Origin: Candidatus Amphirhobacter heronislandensis
Lineage (GTDB): Bacteria; Pseudomonadota; Gammaproteobacteria; Tethybacterales; Tethybacteraceae
Length of the DNA: 51,299 nucleotides
Direction: 5' to 3'
Assembly (NCBI GenBank): GCA_001750625.1
Contig: MEIE01000004.1
Coordinates: forward strand, 1 to 51,299
Shown: piece after piece, positions 24,552-33,802 of the stretch
Position numbering within the stretch: position 1 is the first letter of the stretch
Layout: the number at the start of each line of letters is the position of its first letter
The notes under the pieces: model-generated
Database searches by the model: none
Seen by the model: the letters and a program-made list of their open reading frames with translations, nothing else
Told to the model about the DNA's origin: nothing
Position numbers and translations under genes: made by a program

Positions 24552-26745
24552 TCCTCATTTCGGTCGGACCAGTGACGGCGACGCTGACGTCCGAGTTGTG
24601 GTAGTTCTCCGCCACGGTGATGGTGGAAGTCCCCGTGGTGGTCACCGTAATGCCGAGCAGGCAGTAGCCGCCGCCCATATAGATGTCGCCCGACGGCAGG
24701 TCCTGCAGGCGGGCGTAGGAAACCTTGCCGAAGTTGCTCTTGCGCATGTAGCTCATGGTGACCGTGATAAACGCGTAGTTGTCGTGGAAGAACTGCCGGT
24801 CGGCGCCTTCGCAGTAGCCGGCGATCCGCGCCGTGCCGCCAGCGGCAGCAGGGCAGTTCATCGGCCACCACGAGTCGTACACCATCACCGACACGCGGGC
24901 GGCGCCCAAGGCGGCGCTGATCTTGGTGTGGTGGGGGCTGAAGACGTAGTTTTCATCTTGCCGGTTCGCTTCGACCGCCTTGCTGACGAGGTACCCGTCA
25001 GCGTTGTTGAAATGGTAATAAGGCGGCTCGGGGCCGCCGTCGGAGGTGTTATTCGCAAAGTCAATCGTGAACACGCCGTCGGCGTCCGCGCCAATCTCCG
25101 ACACCGCAGGATCGGCGCCCCTTTTGACGAGCTGGTCGGCGGGCGAATCAAAAAGCGTGAACGGGACGAAGCTCGTGATCGTGGGCGAGCCCGCGGCGCT
25201 CACCGCCACCGAGACCGCGGCGTTGAAATGGACGTACTGCCCCAGGGTGCTCTGATTCGCAGTCCGGCTTCTCAGCGCGATGCGGTTCGAGTGCTTGGCG
25301 TAGTCGATGGTCGTGCCGTGTTTCAGGAGCATGTCGAAGCCGTATCTCTGGTACCGCACCCGCGAGAAAGCCCCAAGCCGCGTGTGCAGGCCCTGCGTCA
25401 CGGTTGTGGTTATCCTGCTGACGGTCCCTCCAATCGTCACGGTAGACGTCGCGACGACGGTGCTCACGTTGCCGATGGTGACGGTTCCCGGCAGGTCGAA
25501 GCTTACGATCGTGGTTCCAATCCAAGTCGAAAGCAGCGTCGCGGTGACGCCGCCGTAAGGCTGCAGGACCGAAAACTCAGGCGGGTCGATCTGCTCTCCG
25601 GCGCCGGCCACCGGCACCGCGCGCTCATAGAACAGGCGGCCCAGCGTGACGTCCGTGCTGATGACAACGGTTCCCGAGAGGTTCGTTGCGCTCGTGTCGT
25701 AAACCGCCCCTTCGATCACGGCCACCGTGTAATTGCGAGGGTTGTCCCAGGAAAATTCCGCATTCGCGTTGTACGCCAGCGACACGAGCGTAATCCCCTG
25801 CTCCGCGACGTTGGATACCGTCTGCGCGTCGGCCAGCCTGACCGTGAACGCCACCGGCCTGCCGGAGAAAACGCCTCGCAGGACCCCGCTTTGGTTCAGC
25901 GTAAGCCCCGCTGGCAGTCCCACGGCCGAGAACAGCGCCTGGGATCCGATCGCGCCCGAGTCCACGTTGAACGCGTCGTAAGGAACGCGGTAGGCGATCG
26001 TCTGGCCAGGCTTGAGCCGCACGTAAGGGATTTTGTAATCGGTGGCCATGGGGTTGCCGTCGTAGCCTTCATCGACGTTGACCACCGTGAACGCCGCGAT
26101 GGCGAAGCCGGGGACGAGGTCGAGAGGATTGTTCGAATAGCCGTAGAAAATGGCGAGCGGAGCCGCTTCGGTCTCAAAGTCGAAGACCGAGCCGCTCTTG
26201 ATCATGACCTGGTAGTTGTAGTTGACGCCCGAACTGAGCAGGACAAAACGGCTCGCAGCTCCCGCGGTCGCTCCGCCCTGGATGGAAATCGTCGAGATGG
26301 GAGTGTTGTTGACGGGCTCGACCTTGATCCGCATGCCCGGAACGATGACGCCGGTGACCCGCTGGCCGTTGATGTCGGTGGTGGCGAAGCTCCGATAGGT
26401 CTCGCGGACCAGGTTCGTGACCACCACGGCGGTGAACACGTCCACGGTTTGTATCACCTTAGCACGGTCGTTAGGATCGACGATGGTGGCGGTGAAGCGA
26501 ACCTCCACTCCTCCTCCCGGGTTGCTCGGGTCCACCGGCTGATAGGTGACCTCCCGCGCCCAGACCGATATCGCGGTGTTGGCCGAAACCGTCCCCTCGG
26601 GGATTTCGACCGTGACGAACTCGTTGTTGAGGTTCTGGATTGCCGTGACGACCGGCGAGTCTGCATGCGCGATTGCCGCACCGGACAGCAACAGGGCCAC
26701 GAACGCGACTATCCTGCCGCCAGCCTTTTTAAGCATGCCTATCAA
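24247..26745 (-). CDS. autotransporter adhesin, N-terminal fragment (signal peptide plus cadherin/Ig-like passenger repeats)
   Basis: Sec signal MIGMLKKAGGRIVAFVALLLSGAAIAHA/DSP. Beta-rich Thr/Val/Gly modules carry cadherin-like FDFETE and Ig-like LPAGLTLNQSGVLRG motifs. The last ~67 codons, after ..TLSISSAGG, are out-of-frame junk. Confidence 0.7.
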   Translation of the reverse strand: MIGMLKKAGGRIVAFVALLLSGAAIAHADSPVVTAIQNLNNEFVTVEIPEGTVSANTAISVWAREVTYQPVDPSNPGGGVEVRFTATIVDPNDRAKVIQTVDVFTAVVVTNLVRETYRSFATTDINGQRVTGVIVPGMRIKVEPVNNTPISTISIQGGATAGAASRFVLLSSGVNYNYQVMIKSGSVFDFETEAAPLAIFYGYSNNPLDLVPGFAIAAFTVVNVDEGYDGNPMATDYKIPYVRLKPGQTIAYRVPYDAFNVDSGAIGSQALFSAVGLPAGLTLNQSGVLRGVFSGRPVAFTVRLADAQTVSNVAEQGITLVSLAYNANAEFSWDNPRNYTVAVIEGAVYDTSATNLSGTVVISTDVTLGRLFYERAVPVAGAGEQIDPPEFSVLQPYGGVTATLLSTWIGTTIVSFDLPGTVTIGNVSTVVATSTVTIGGTVSRITTTVTQGLHTRLGAFSRVRYQRYGFDMLLKHGTTIDYAKHSNRIALRSRTANQSTLGQYVHFNAAVSVAVSAAGSPTITSFVPFTLFDSPADQLVKRGADPAVSEIGADADGVFTIDFANNTSDGGPEPPYYHFNNADGYLVSKAVEANRQDENYVFSPHHTKISAALGAARVSVMVYDSWWPMNCPAAAGGTARIAGYCEGADRQFFHDNYAFITVTMSYMRKSNFGKVSYARLQDLPSGDIYMGGGYCLLGITVTTTGTSTITVAENYHNSDVSVAVTGPTEMRIERLRLPDAPSQGSPLRNCYGLYQAGTLSISSAGGHAAHRQRRRDPCAQRLRHAAEPEHRRRHDHACGERRDHPHLQVVPKRQSRQPAGGDPCRHLHADLA

Positions 26746-26826
26746 ATCCTTAAAAAAGATACACCGCCTATTCTACTACACTTCGGTCGCAATTCGGTAA
26801 AATTCAAGCCCGCAAGCCTGTTATGC

Positions 26827-26899
26827 GCCGGCATAGCTCAGCTGGTAGAGCGGCTGCCTTGTAAGCAGCAGGTCGGGAGTTCAAGCCTCTCTGCCGGCA
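26827..26899 (+). tRNA. tRNA-Thr (anticodon UGU)
   Basis: Hand-folded cloverleaf: acceptor GCCGGCA/TGCCGGC, D arm GCTC-AGCTGGTA-GAGC, anticodon arm GCTGC-CTTGTAA-GCAGC, T arm GGGAG-TTCAAGC-CTCTC, discriminator A. CCA is not encoded. Confidence 0.9.
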
Positions 26900-27537
26900 C
26901 CTCCGGCCTCCCGCAGCCGCGCCGCCACCTCGTCGAGGCGCCCCGGATGCCGCCAGGACCAGGCTTTGTTCGCCACCAGCAGGGCGCTGACGTCCAGCAG
27001 CTTCTCCATCTCCTCGAGGCCGTTCGCCTGCAGGGTCGCCCCCGTGCTCACCAGATCGACGATGACGTCCGCCAGCCCCACCAGCGGCGCCAGCTCCATC
27101 GAGCCGTACAGGCGGATGACGCGGGCCTGGATCCCCGCCGCCGCCAGATGCCGCCGCGCCAGGCGGCGGTACTTGGTCGCCACCGTCAGCTGGCCGCCGC
27201 CGCGCTTGGCCGCGCCGTAGTCGAAGCCCCGCGGGGCCGCGACCGCCAGCCGGCAGCGCCCGATCCCCAGGTCCAGCTCCTGCAGCACCGCCGGGCTGGG
27301 ATGCTCCAGCAGCAGGTCGCGCCCGACCACGCCCAGCTGCGCGGCGCCGTAGCCCACGTAGGCCAGCACGTCGGCCGCGCGCACGATCAAGAACTCGATG
27401 CCGGCGTCCGCGCTCGGGACGGTCAGGCGGCGGCCGTCGCCGTCGCCGTCCTCCAGCGCCATCCCCGCCGCCGCCAGCAGCGGCCGCGCCTCCTCCAAGA
27501 GCCGGCCCTTCGCCAGGGCGATCGTCAGCCCGGGCAC
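26881..27537 (-). CDS. hisG: ATP phosphoribosyltransferase, short (HisZ-dependent) form
   Basis: LTIALAKGRLLEE.., ..IEFLIVRAADVLAYVGYGAAQLGVVGRD.., RLYGSMELAPLVGLADVIVDLVSTGATLQANGL. The GTG start at 27537 lies 8 nt after the nuoE stop. The last 6 codons plus the stop overlap the 3' end of tRNA-Thr. Confidence 0.85.
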   Translation of the reverse strand: MPGLTIALAKGRLLEEARPLLAAAGMALEDGDGDGRRLTVPSADAGIEFLIVRAADVLAYVGYGAAQLGVVGRDLLLEHPSPAVLQELDLGIGRCRLAVAAPRGFDYGAAKRGGGQLTVATKYRRLARRHLAAAGIQARVIRLYGSMELAPLVGLADVIVDLVSTGATLQANGLEEMEKLLDVSALLVANKAWSWRHPGRLDEVAARLREAGGAGREA

Positions 27538-27545
27538 CGCGGCGC

Positions 27546-28043
27546 TCAGTCCCCGCCGCCGTCGAGCAGCTCGGCGACCTTGTCCGGCGTGACCTTCTCG
27601 TGCATCCGGACGTTGTTCTCGATCACCACCGGCGCCGCGCCGCAGGCGCCGAAGCATTCGCCCTCGACCAGCGTGAACCTGCCGTCCGGCGTCGTCTCGC
27701 CGAAGCCTATCCCCAGCTCCTTCTGCAGCTGCTCGGCGGTCTTCATCGCCCCCATCAGCGCGCAGGGCAGGTTCGTGCACAGGCACAGCTTGCGCGCCCC
27801 GACCTCCTTGAGGTCGTACATGTTGTAGAAGCTCGCGACCTCGTAGGCGCGGATCGCCGGCACGCCCACCACCTCGGCGACGTGCTCGATCATCTCCTTG
27901 CGCAGCCAGCCGCCGTCGTGCAGCTGCGCCAGCCGCAGCGCCGCCATGATGCCGGCCTGGCGCTGCTTGGGCGGATACTTGGCGCACTCGCGCTCGATCT
28001 GCTCGTAAACCTCGGGCGGCAGCGGCCGCTTGGCCTCGCTCAC
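27546..28043 (-). CDS. nuoE: NADH-quinone oxidoreductase subunit E
   Basis: GTG 28043 forms a GTGA overlap with the nuoD stop. The [2Fe-2S] cysteines are present: [12 protein letters not shown]...[11 protein letters not shown]. Confidence 0.9.
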   Translation of the reverse strand: MSEAKRPLPPEVYEQIERECAKYPPKQRQAGIMAALRLAQLHDGGWLRKEMIEHVAEVVGVPAIRAYEVASFYNMYDLKEVGARKLCLCTNLPCALMGAMKTAEQLQKELGIGFGETTPDGRFTLVEGECFGACGAAPVVIENNVRMHEKVTPDKVAELLDGGGD

Positions 28044-29293
28044 CGGTCGATCTCCCCGAAGACCACGTCCATGGTCCCGATGAGCGCCACCACGTCCGAC
28101 AGCATGTGGCCGCGCGCCAGCTCGTCCATCGCCGCCATGTGCGGGAAGCCCGGCGCCCGGATCTTCAGCCGGTAGGGCTTGTTCGAGCCGTCCGCGACCA
28201 GGTAGATGCCGAACTCGCCCTTGGGATGCTCGATCGCGGCGTAGGCCTCGCCCGCCGGCACCGAAAAGCCCTCGGTGAAGAACTTGAAGTGGTGGATCAG
28301 CTCCTCCATGCCGCTTTTCATGTCCACCCGCGGCGGCGGCGCCACCTTGTGGTCTTCGGAGATCACCGGCCCCTCGTTGGCCCGCAGCCAGTCGACGCAC
28401 TGGGAAATGATGCGGTTCGACTCCCGCATCTCCGCCATCCGCACCAGGTAGCGGTCGTAGGAATCGCCGGCGCGGCCCACCGGGACGTCGAACTCCAGCC
28501 GGTCGTAGACCTCGTAGGGCTGGGTCCGCCGCAGGTCCCAGGGCACGCCCGAGCCGCGCAGCATCGGCCCGGTGAAGCCCAGCGCCAGCGCGCGCTCGGG
28601 CTCGACCACCCCGATGCCGACGGTGCGCTGCTTCCAGATGCGGTTGTCGGTGAGCAGGGTCTCGTACTCGTCGACGCGGGCCGGGAAGCGCGCGGCGAAG
28701 TCGGCGATGAAGTCCAGCAGCGAGCCGCCGCGGGCGGCGTTGAGCCGCTCGCAGTCCTTGGCGCTGCGCACCGCCGAGGGCTCGTAGCGCGGCATGCTGC
28801 CCGGCAGGTCGCGGTAGACCCCGCCCGGCCGGTAGTAGGCGGCGTGCATGCGCGCGCCCGACACCGCCTCGTAGCAGTCCATCAGGTCCTCGCGCTCGCG
28901 GAAGGCGTACAGGAACATCGACATCGCCCCGATGTCCAGGGCGTGCGCGCCCAGCCACAGCAGGTGGTTGAGGATGCGGGTGATCTCGTCGAACAGCACC
29001 CGGATGTAGCGGGCGCGCTCCGGCGGCTCGATGCCCAGCAGCTTCTCGATCGCCAGCACGTAGGCGTGCTCGTTGCACATCATCGAGACGTAGTCCAGCC
29101 GGTCCATGTACGGCACCGACTGCAGGTACATCCGCTGCTCGGCCAGCTTCTCGGTCGCCCGGTGCAGCAGGCCGATGTGCGGGTCCGCCCGCGCCACCAC
29201 CTCGCCGTCCAGCTCCAGCACCAGGCGCAGCACGCCGTGCGCCGCCGGGTGCTGCGGCCCGAAGTTGATCGTGTAGTTGCGGATCTCGGCCAT
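28040..29293 (-). CDS. nuoD: NADH-quinone oxidoreductase subunit D
   Basis: [31 protein letters not shown].., ..RIRAPGFPH.., ending ..VFGEIDR; 417 aa. ATG 29293 lies 2 nt after the nuoC stop. Confidence 0.95.
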   Translation of the reverse strand: MAEIRNYTINFGPQHPAAHGVLRLVLELDGEVVARADPHIGLLHRATEKLAEQRMYLQSVPYMDRLDYVSMMCNEHAYVLAIEKLLGIEPPERARYIRVLFDEITRILNHLLWLGAHALDIGAMSMFLYAFREREDLMDCYEAVSGARMHAAYYRPGGVYRDLPGSMPRYEPSAVRSAKDCERLNAARGGSLLDFIADFAARFPARVDEYETLLTDNRIWKQRTVGIGVVEPERALALGFTGPMLRGSGVPWDLRRTQPYEVYDRLEFDVPVGRAGDSYDRYLVRMAEMRESNRIISQCVDWLRANEGPVISEDHKVAPPPRVDMKSGMEELIHHFKFFTEGFSVPAGEAYAAIEHPKGEFGIYLVADGSNKPYRLKIRAPGFPHMAAMDELARGHMLSDVVALIGTMDVVFGEIDR

Positions 29294-29295
29294 GC

Positions 29296-29958
29296 TCAGC
29301 CCTCGCTCCGGCCGCCCTTGCGCACCACCCGCGGCACCACCTCCCGCGGCTCGATCGACACCGGCTGGTACACCACCCGGGCGCTGTCGGGGTCGTAGCG
29401 CATCTCCACCTCGCCGTAGACGGGGAAGTCCTTGCGGAACGGGTGGCCGATGAAGCCGTAGTCGGTCAGCAGGCGCCGCAGGTCCGGGTGGCCCTCGAAG
29501 ACGATGCCGAACAGGTCGAAGGCCTCGCGCTCGAACCAGTTCGCCACCGGCCACACCTCGGTCGCCGACGGGCAGGCCACCACCTCGCCGGCCGGCAGGA
29601 AGCTGCGGACCCGCAGCCTTTGGTTGTGGCGCGTCGACAGCAGGTGGTAGACCACCGCGAAGCGCTCCTCGGTCTCCTCGGCCGCCGCCGTCTCCGTCTG
29701 CCGCATCGCGTCGCGCGTGAACAGCCCCGCGTGGCCGGCGCCGTAGGCCGAGTAGTCCATGCCGCACAGGTCGATGAGCTGGTCGAAGGCGAGGCCCTCG
29801 CCGTCGCGCAGCTCGCGCAGGCCCGCCAGCAGCTCGTCCCGCGGCAGCTTGAGCGTCACCTCGCCGAGGCGCTGGACGACGCGGCCGCCCGCCTTGGCGA
29901 AGCGCTCCTCGAGCCGCGCCGCGAGCGCGGCGGGGTCGAAGGCCGGATACCGCTGCAC
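29296..29958 (-). CDS. nuoC: NADH-quinone oxidoreductase subunit C
   Basis: [41 protein letters not shown] is the NuoC signature. The GTG start at 29958 is preceded by a G-rich SD. Only the last 220 codons of the 1162-aa track ORF are real. Confidence 0.9.
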   Translation of the reverse strand: MQRYPAFDPAALAARLEERFAKAGGRVVQRLGEVTLKLPRDELLAGLRELRDGEGLAFDQLIDLCGMDYSAYGAGHAGLFTRDAMRQTETAAAEETEERFAVVYHLLSTRHNQRLRVRSFLPAGEVVACPSATEVWPVANWFEREAFDLFGIVFEGHPDLRRLLTDYGFIGHPFRKDFPVYGEVEMRYDPDSARVVYQPVSIEPREVVPRVVRKGGRSEG

Positions 29959-29969
29959 GCCCCGCCCCC

Positions 29970-32357
29970 CTACTGCGGCTCCGCCAGCTGCGGGACGCCG
30001 CCGCTCTGCATCTCGCGGGTCAGGAAGTTGTGGTACTCCCGAAACTCGAGCGGCGCCTGCGAGATCTGCGGGTGCTCCTCGGCCAGGACCGCCAGCGCGT
30101 CGGCGTGGCGGTTCTGGGACCGGTAGAGGTTCACCAGGTTGGCGAAGGCCTCGAGCTTGAAGGTGATGTCCAGGGCCCGCAGCAGCTCGTCTTCGGCGAG
30201 CTGCTCCATCTCGACCCCCTCCGGCAGCAGGTCCGCATGGTTTTGGTAGATGACCACCTTGAGCATCAGCAGGTCCGCGAGGTTGCCGTTGTCGAACAGG
30301 TAGTCGTCCTTGTTGGCGACGACCTGGTCGATCCACGCGATCTCCTCGGCCGCCCGCTCCTTCTCCATCCCCGCGTTGACGTCGTTCCACAGCACGAACA
30401 GGCGGACCAGCTCGTTCTTCTCGTAGGCGCTGTCGATCGTCGCCACCCAGCGCTCGTCCAGCTCGAAGCCGTTGGCCGCCGCCTGGGAGATCGCCGAGAC
30501 CAGGGTCGAGATCACGCTGCTCGCCTGCTGCCGGGTCCAGCGGTCGGTGATGCCGTCCGCCTTCGCGATGCTCGCCTGCATCCAGTTCAGCAGGTTGTCC
30601 GACAGGATCACCCGCTGCTGGTCGTTGTCGGTGTTGTGGCGCCGCCAGAAGCCGAGGAAGTCCGAGCCCAGCCGCGGGCCGTTGAACAGGTTCTCGCGGT
30701 ACGGGTGGTAGAAGACCGGGTCCTGCTGCTCGAGCATGAACTTGGTCAGGATGCGGGTCTTGTCCTGGTCCTGCGTGAACGGCGAATACAGCCGCAGGCC
30801 GAAGACCAGGCCCTGGTCGTTGTAGATCTTCAGGTCCGGCCGGACCTTCTCGACCAGCGCCATGTGCCCCACCGGCAGGTCGAGGTCGTCGAAGGTGAAC
30901 AGGTGCGCGTTCTGGTCGACGTTGTGCAGCTTGTACATCGCCAGGTCCCGCGCCCAGGTGTAGTCGCTGCGGTCGTTCTGCCGCCAGTGCAGCGCCAGCG
31001 TCAGCGCCAGCACCCCGCAGGCCAGCGGCGCCACCACCGCCAGCCGGGCGTGCTTTTCGCCGCCGCGCAGCCGCCGCGCCAGCATGCTGCCGATCCACGC
31101 GAGGCCGTAGCCGAAGAAGATCACCATCATGCCGTAGAACGGCAGGAAGTAGACGCGGAACGCCGAGAACCAGATGAACTCGGCCTTGAAGTCCAGCATG
31201 AAGATCAGCAGCGGCCCCGAGGTGACCATGCCCACCAGCAGCGCGGCCGCCAGCCACATGTGCCGCGCGCTCGCCAGCATCGCCCCCATGCCGGCCGCCG
31301 CCACCGCGAAGCCCAGCGGCGTGATCTGCACGAGCATGCGCTCGATGAAAAAGCTGGTGAAGGCGATCTTCTCGTCGAGGCCGACGCCGGCCTGCTTGTC
31401 CACGCCCGAGTAGCCGCTGCGCGTGACGTAGAACCACATCTGCTCGGCGTCGGCGATCGAGCCGTAGAAGTTCAGCGCCGTGTCCGAGTACGAGCGCCAG
31501 ACGAACCAGCCGTAGGGCAGCAGCCCCAGCGCGAACACCACCGCGCCCAGCGGGATGCAGCGCAGCAGGCCGCGCCACTGCGACAGCACCATCAACAGCA
31601 GCGTCGCCGAGCCCAGCCCGACCAGCGGCCAGTGGTTGGTGAGGCTCAGGGCGTAGGTGAAGGCGATCCACATGTACAGGCCGCGCTGCATGTTGCCCTT
31701 GAGGTCCGGATTGCTGGCGTAGCGCAGGCACAGCGCCATGACGATGAAGTACATCGCGGTGTTCAGGGTGTAGACCTCGGCGATGATCGCCTGCGACCAG
31801 AAGCACTCGGAGGCGGCGTAGGCCATGCTCGCGACCACCGCGCACAGCCGGCTGTTGACCAGCATCGCGATGATCAGGTACAGCGCCACGCAGGACACCG
31901 CGCCGGCGAAGCCCGAGAACATGTGGCCGCGGTAGGCCGGCGACAGGAAGTCGGGCAGCGCGTGGAAGAACGGCGAGCCCAGCAGGCTGTACAGCGGGTA
32001 GCCCGGCGGGTGGCCGACGCCGAAGTGCTCGAGCAGCATCAAGAACAGGCCGTCGTCCTCGAGCGCGACCTCGCGCGGCGCCGTGATGCCGAACAGCGTC
32101 AGCGCGAAGCAGAAGACCGCGAACACCGGCGCCAGCTCCTCGCGCAGCCGCAGCCGCCGCGTCAGGACCGGCTCGGCCAGCTGCCGCATCAGCGCCTTGG
32201 GGCCGGGCCGCTCGGTCCGCAGGCACAGCATGAAGGCGTCGCCCTGCTCCGGCTCTATCTGGACCGGCGCCGGGGCCGCGGCCGGCGCCGCGGGCTCGGG
32301 CGCGGCGGCGCGGGGGCCGCGGCGCTGCCGCCTGTTCTTGTTCTGGCTGCGGGCCAT
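29970..32357 (-). CDS. large polytopic membrane protein, DUF2723/TMEM260-like GT-C-fold glycosyltransferase candidate, embedded in the nuo operon
   Basis: 795 aa with a basic N-terminus. The motif [29 protein letters not shown] is followed by more than 10 hydrophobic helices in the first ~480 aa and then a ~300-aa soluble C-terminal domain. The family call is by motif recall only. Confidence 0.6.
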   Translation of the reverse strand: MARSQNKNRRQRRGPRAAAPEPAAPAAAPAPVQIEPEQGDAFMLCLRTERPGPKALMRQLAEPVLTRRLRLREELAPVFAVFCFALTLFGITAPREVALEDDGLFLMLLEHFGVGHPPGYPLYSLLGSPFFHALPDFLSPAYRGHMFSGFAGAVSCVALYLIIAMLVNSRLCAVVASMAYAASECFWSQAIIAEVYTLNTAMYFIVMALCLRYASNPDLKGNMQRGLYMWIAFTYALSLTNHWPLVGLGSATLLLMVLSQWRGLLRCIPLGAVVFALGLLPYGWFVWRSYSDTALNFYGSIADAEQMWFYVTRSGYSGVDKQAGVGLDEKIAFTSFFIERMLVQITPLGFAVAAAGMGAMLASARHMWLAAALLVGMVTSGPLLIFMLDFKAEFIWFSAFRVYFLPFYGMMVIFFGYGLAWIGSMLARRLRGGEKHARLAVVAPLACGVLALTLALHWRQNDRSDYTWARDLAMYKLHNVDQNAHLFTFDDLDLPVGHMALVEKVRPDLKIYNDQGLVFGLRLYSPFTQDQDKTRILTKFMLEQQDPVFYHPYRENLFNGPRLGSDFLGFWRRHNTDNDQQRVILSDNLLNWMQASIAKADGITDRWTRQQASSVISTLVSAISQAAANGFELDERWVATIDSAYEKNELVRLFVLWNDVNAGMEKERAAEEIAWIDQVVANKDDYLFDNGNLADLLMLKVVIYQNHADLLPEGVEMEQLAEDELLRALDITFKLEAFANLVNLYRSQNRHADALAVLAEEHPQISQAPLEFREYHNFLTREMQSGGVPQLAEPQ

Positions 32358-32387
32358 GTCGGGGCGCAGGAAAGCCGCGGGAGGGGG

Positions 32388-32900
32388 CTAGCGCCGCGCG
32401 ATGGTGTTGGTGCGGCGGATCTTGCGCTGCAGCTGCAGGATGCCGTACAGCAGGGCCTCGGCCGTCGGCGGGCAGCCGGGCACGTAGACGTCGACCGGCA
32501 CGATGCGGTCGCAGCCGCGCACCACCGAATACGAATAGTGGTAGTAGCCGCCGCCGTTCGCGCACGAGCCCATCGAGATCACCCAGCGCGGCTCGCTCAT
32601 CTGGTCGTAGACCTTGCGCAGCGCCGGCGCCATCTTGTTGCACAGGGTGCCGGCGACGATCATCACGTCCGACTGCCGCGGCGAGGGCCGGAAGATCACG
32701 CCGAAGCGGTCCAGGTCGTAGCGCGACGCGCCCGCATGCATCATCTCGACCGCACAGCAGGCCAGGCCGAAGGTCATCGGCCACATCGAGCCGGTCCGCG
32801 CCCAGTTGACCAGCTTGTCGACGCTGGTCGTGACGAAGCCGCTCTCCCGCAGCTCCGGCAGGCTGACCGGCGCCGGCGGGTGGTCGGGATGGCGGATCAC
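32388..32900 (-). CDS. nuoB: NADH-quinone oxidoreductase subunit B
   Basis: [16 protein letters not shown].., [13 protein letters not shown].., [36 protein letters not shown]. The GTG start at 32900 forms a GTGA overlap with the nuoA stop. Confidence 0.93.
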   Translation of the reverse strand: MIRHPDHPPAPVSLPELRESGFVTTSVDKLVNWARTGSMWPMTFGLACCAVEMMHAGASRYDLDRFGVIFRPSPRQSDVMIVAGTLCNKMAPALRKVYDQMSEPRWVISMGSCANGGGYYHYSYSVVRGCDRIVPVDVYVPGCPPTAEALLYGILQLQRKIRRTNTIARR

Positions 32901-33253
32901 TCCCACTGCAGGGCCCCCTTGCGCCATTCGTAGGCGAAGCCCACGACCAGCACGAACAAGAAGAACATCATCGACCAGAAGCCGAGCGCCCCGACGGCGT
33001 CCAGCGACACCGCCCAGGGAAACAGGAAGACGATCTCCAGGTCGAAGAGGATGAACAGGATCGCCACCAGGTAGTAGCGGACGTCGAATTTCATCCGGGC
33101 GTCCTCGAAGGCCTCGAAGCCGCACTCGTACGGCGCGTCTTTCGCCGGATCGGGCCGCCGCGGCGCCAGCAAGGAGCCCAGGACGATCAGCGCCGAGCCC
33201 AAAGCGAAGGCCACGCCGCCGAAAACCAGGACGGGGAAATACTCAGCTAGCAT
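32897..33253 (-). CDS. nuoA: NADH-quinone oxidoreductase subunit A
   Basis: 118 aa with 3 TM segments. [40 protein letters not shown] is the NuoA signature. Confidence 0.93.
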   Translation of the reverse strand: MLAEYFPVLVFGGVAFALGSALIVLGSLLAPRRPDPAKDAPYECGFEAFEDARMKFDVRYYLVAILFILFDLEIVFLFPWAVSLDAVGALGFWSMMFFLFVLVVGFAYEWRKGALQWE

Positions 33254-33267
33254 GATCGCGCGTTCAA

Positions 33268-33273
33268 ATTATA
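33268..33273 (-). promoter_or_regulatory. candidate -10 box (TATAAT in GGCTTATAAT) upstream of nuoA
   Basis: A perfect TATAAT on the minus strand, 14 nt before the nuoA ATG, within the 53-nt gap after tRNA-Leu. There is no good -35 and no SD. Confidence 0.3.
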
Positions 33274-33306
33274 AGCCTTTGCGGTCGAAATGCCGCGCGG
33301 GCGGGG

Positions 33307-33391
33307 TGCCGATGGCCAGACTCGAACTGGCACGAGGTCATCCCTCACTGCCCCCTCAAGACAGCGTGTCTACCAGTTCCACCACATCGGC
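33307..33391 (-). tRNA. tRNA-Leu (anticodon GAG)
   Basis: 85 nt, class II tRNA with a long variable arm: acceptor GCCGATG/CATCGGC, anticodon arm CTGTC-TTGAGGG-GGCAG, T loop GTTCGAGT. It lies 3 nt downstream of the secG stop, matching the secG-leuU arrangement in E. coli. Confidence 0.9.
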
Positions 33392-33394
33392 TCG

Positions 33395-33778
33395 CTACTG
33401 CTCCCCGGCCGCGTCCGGCGGCGCGGGGACTTCGGATTCGGCCGGCGCCGCCGGCGTCTCCTCGGTTTCTTCGGCGGCGGCCGGCTCCTCGGTCGGCGGC
33501 CGCAGCTCCTCTTCGGCGAGCAGCTCGTCGAGGGTGCCGCCGCCCTCGGGCGTCGGCGAGACCACGCCCAGCGCCAGGGCGGTGGCGAAGAAGACCACGG
33601 CCAGCACCGAGGTCGTCCGGCTCAAAAGGTTGGTCGAGCCCGAGATGCCCACCAGCGAGCCGCGGGCGCCGCCGCCGAAGGACGAGCCCATCTCGGCGCC
33701 GCGCCCCTGCTGCAGCAGGATGACGACCACCATCACCAGGGCGACGGCGATGTTGACGACGAGCAGCAGCGTGTACAT
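33395..33778 (-). CDS. secG: preprotein translocase subunit SecG
   Basis: MYTLLLVVNIAVALVMVVVILLQQGRGAEMGSSFGGG... is the SecG signature. It has an extended Ala/Pro/Glu-rich C-terminus. Confidence 0.9.
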   Translation of the reverse strand: MYTLLLVVNIAVALVMVVVILLQQGRGAEMGSSFGGGARGSLVGISGSTNLLSRTTSVLAVVFFATALALGVVSPTPEGGGTLDELLAEEELRPPTEEPAAAEETEETPAAPAESEVPAPPDAAGEQ

Positions 33779-33802
33779 GGAATCTTGCAGGCCCTATGGA
33801 GG

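Larger units (their letters stand above)
21579..26745 (-). pseudogene. giant cadherin/Ig-like type Va autotransporter adhesin (about 1,720 aa if repaired), interrupted by a 1-nt frameshift near 24450-24460
   Basis: Two ORFs overlap by 305 nt in frames offset by 1 nt. The signal peptide occurs only on the upstream ORF and the beta-barrel only on the downstream ORF. Both overlapping tails are Arg/His-rich nonsense. See the findings. Confidence 0.7.

Noticed and set aside
21400-26900. Classical tRNA-integrated genomic island (integrase, direct repeats) around the adhesin block
   Set aside because: No integrase, transposase or excisionase ORF is present. I found no direct repeat of the tRNA-Thr 3' end, and the block lies on the 5' side of the tRNA rather than the usual 3' attachment side. 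Only the compositional difference remains.
24430-27828. 1132-aa plus-strand ORF crossing the adhesin, tRNA-Thr, hisG and nuoE
   Set aside because: It reads straight through a tRNA gene and is antisense to recognisable genes. Its composition is Arg/Gly/Asp/His-rich, so I treat it as a shadow ORF.
29296-32784. 1162-aa minus-strand ORF that seems to fuse nuoB, the GT-C-like gene and nuoC
   Set aside because: Only its last 220 codons (NuoC, from GTG 29958) make sense. The upstream part is an alternative frame of the GT-C-like gene and nuoB and is Arg/Pro/Ala/Gly junk.
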